A stretch of DNA of 59,944 nt, taken from contig JBBRNM010000006.1 in assembly GCA_038230295.1 (NCBI GenBank), forward strand, positions 1 through 59,944, read 5' to 3'. Both the position numbers and the translations under genes were made by a program. This stretch comes from Candidatus Limnocylindrales bacterium (GTDB lineage: Bacteria > Chloroflexota > Limnocylindria > Limnocylindrales > CSP1-4). The notes beneath the pieces are model-generated. The model made no database searches and was not told the DNA's origin. It saw only the letters and a list, made by a program, of their open reading frames with translations. Shown in pieces: positions 58,192 through 59,944 of the stretch (position 1 is the stretch's first letter; every line of letters starts with the position of its first letter).

Positions 58192-59444
58192 GCCAACGGG
58201 AGGCGGCCGACTCCACACCACCAAGCTCCTCTCCTCCCGAGGCGTCATACGGGGCCCTGTTCCGCGTCCCCTCCCTCCACCGAGCCCTCTTTGGCATGCA
58301 GATCTCGCGGATCAGCGGATCGATGGTCGCCATCGCGCTCGTCCTGTTCACCCTGAGCCACTACCACTCTCCCGAGCTCGCCGGCTTCGTGACCTTCGTG
58401 AGCATCGCGCCCGGCCTCGTGTTCAGCCCCCTTGCCGGAGCCCTCCTGGATCGTCACGGACGGATCAAGTTCATCGTGCTGGATTTCTTGGTCGCGATGC
58501 TCTCCCTGGGGGCGATCGGCGTCCTCGCGAACGCGGACCTGCTGCCGCCGTGGCTCCTCATCCTCATCGCCGCGCTGTCGGCCCTGACCGGTCCGTTGAG
58601 CGCGACGGGGCTCCGGTCGCTCTTCCCGTTGATGGCTCCGCGTTACCTGTGGGAGCGCCTCAACGCGATCGATTCGAACGGCTACGTCGTCGCTTCGATC
58701 TTCGGACCGCCGCTGGCCGCAACGCTGGTCGCGCTGCTTGGCGGTCCCGCAGCATTGATTCTCATCGGGTTGCTCTTCGGCGTGGCCGCAGTGATCCTCT
58801 GGCCCGTTCCTGACCCGGATACTGACGCCCACTCGACAGGCAGCCTCTTCCGCGATGCCTGGGAGGGCCTCCGGTACACGTGGTCGAATCCGACGCTGCG
58901 CGGGCTCGGCTTCTCGGTCACGACCCTGAACCTGGCCGGCGGGATGATGGCGATCCTCATCCCGATCATCGTCCTCGAGCGGCTGCACCTGTCCGAGCTC
59001 GTCGTCGGTGGCGTCTTCGCCGTCCAGGGGGTGTTCGGCCTCGTCGCTGGCCTGTTCGCCGGCCGGATGGACACGCGCGGACGCGAGCGGGCGCTCATCG
59101 CCTGGCCGATGCTTGCCTTTGTCCCGGCGACGGCGTTGCTGCTCATCGGCGGCAGCATCGTCCCGATCGTGGTCTCGATGGCGATCATCGGCCTCGTCAA
59201 CGGCCCGATGGACGTCGCGATGTTCACGCTCCGACAGCGCCGCACCGACTCGGCCTGGCTCGGCCGGGCCTTCGCCGTCTCGATGTCGTTCAACTTCGCC
59301 GGGTTCCCGATCGGGTCGGCGATCGCGGGCACGCTCGCCGGGCGCTCGATCGAGGCGGCGATCGTCGTCGGCATCGTCGCCTGCCTGCTCGCGGCGCTCT
59401 TCGCCATGCGGCTGATCCCGGCGCGGGCGACGGAGGTCGGTTAG
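58188..59444 (+). CDS. MFS transporter
   Basis: AGALLDRHGR motif A, about 12 TM helices; TTGA overlap with the cyclase. Confidence 0.9.
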   Translation: MSQREAADSTPPSSSPPEASYGALFRVPSLHRALFGMQISRISGSMVAIALVLFTLSHYHSPELAGFVTFVSIAPGLVFSPLAGALLDRHGRIKFIVLDFLVAMLSLGAIGVLANADLLPPWLLILIAALSALTGPLSATGLRSLFPLMAPRYLWERLNAIDSNGYVVASIFGPPLAATLVALLGGPAALILIGLLFGVAAVILWPVPDPDTDAHSTGSLFRDAWEGLRYTWSNPTLRGLGFSVTTLNLAGGMMAILIPIIVLERLHLSELVVGGVFAVQGVFGLVAGLFAGRMDTRGRERALIAWPMLAFVPATALLLIGGSIVPIVVSMAIIGLVNGPMDVAMFTLRQRRTDSAWLGRAFAVSMSFNFAGFPIGSAIAGTLAGRSIEAAIVVGIVACLLAALFAMRLIPARATEVG

Positions 59445-59839
59445 GCCTCGAGCTCGTAATCGAGGTGGTACTCGACCCTGGGTCCGCCCGGTGCTTCGAA
59501 GCCGCCGCGGCCGGTGATCCCCTCGAGCTCGCCGGTGCCGGTGCCGGCGATGACCTCCCAGGTCCCGGTCGAGCTCTTGCCGTCGTGGCTCGACGTTGCC
59601 TCGAGGATGAAGCTGCCGCTCCGATCGTCGATTCGCCCGTCGATTCGCTGGAGCCCGACGAAGCGCGCCGTCTTGTCCGGCCGGTAGCAGACGAGCCAGT
59701 CGACGGAGCCGTTGCCGTCGATGCCGCCGCCGAAGCTCTGGGTGCCCTTCGCGTGGGTCAGGCGGGGTCCGCCTGGATCCTCGCGATAGGCCTCTTCTCC
59801 CCCGCCGAGGACCTCGAACGTTCCCGAAACGGTTGGCAT
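59441..59839 (-). CDS. DUF3224-like protein
   Basis: FGGGIDG, FVGLQRIDG, SGSF, VIAGTGTGELEGITG.G; AAGGAG RBS. Confidence 0.8.
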   Translation of the reverse strand: MPTVSGTFEVLGGGEEAYREDPGGPRLTHAKGTQSFGGGIDGNGSVDWLVCYRPDKTARFVGLQRIDGRIDDRSGSFILEATSSHDGKSSTGTWEVIAGTGTGELEGITGRGGFEAPGGPRVEYHLDYELEA

Positions 59840-59867
59840 CTTGTCTCCTTTCTGGCCCAAGAACGTG

Positions 59868-59943
59868 TGGCGTCCCCGGCAGGATTTGAACCTGCGACCC
59901 GCTGCTTAGAAGGCAGCCGCTCTGTCCACTGAGCTACGGGGAC
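59868..59943 (-). tRNA. tRNA-Arg (TCT)
   Basis: GTCCCCGTAGCTCAGTGGACAGAGCG-GCTGC CT TCT AA GCAGC-...GGTTCAAATCC...GGGGACGCCA. Confidence 0.97.
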
Positions 59944-59944
59944 G

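Noticed and set aside
55803-59943. Prophage or integrative element at tRNA-Arg (or tRNA-Lys)
   Set aside because: No integrase, phage genes or duplicated tRNA 3' end seen in the window.

Overview
A high-GC (roughly 70%, judged by eye) bacterial chromosomal window. Gene content and style suggest Chloroflexota (Limnocylindria-like) or another Terrabacteria lineage; this is inference only. Most of it is a housekeeping backbone: SRAP, an M16 peptidase pair, carAB, tRNA-Lys(CTT), aldehyde dehydrogenase, panE, acyl-CoA catabolism with a B12 mutase carrying isobutyryl-CoA-mutase-type residues, folE, an HDAC-family enzyme, a threonine dehydratase, arsR-trxA, two M20 peptidases, a GMC oxidoreductase, an adenylate cyclase, an MFS transporter and tRNA-Arg(TCT). 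Three loci stand out. (1) A ~12 kb accessory block (4.5-17.3 kb) holds VapBC and two ECF sigma / membrane anti-sigma / beta-propeller lipoprotein modules. Two candidate ECF promoter motifs can be read from the DNA: GGAAC-N18-CCCTCTAG (2 copies) and CCAACC-N15-RCATCAR (4 copies). A deacetylase gene appears to have captured a sigma gene's promoter and first 33 codons. (2) A luciferase-like (LLM) oxidoreductase is fused to a MenA/UbiA prenyltransferase and coupled to a CAAX/CPBP protease. (3) An ECF sigma is coupled to an O6-alkylguanine methyltransferase whose C-terminal Ada Zn domain lacks an AraC HTH, a candidate sigma-based adaptive response. Also present: a tandem-duplicated PyrR-binding hairpin before carA, a candidate rod-shaped ncRNA, a MITE-like element, a pervasive leaderless-promoter pattern and many gene fragments. 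No CRISPR array, integrase or transposase was found. All calls are by eye, without database searches.
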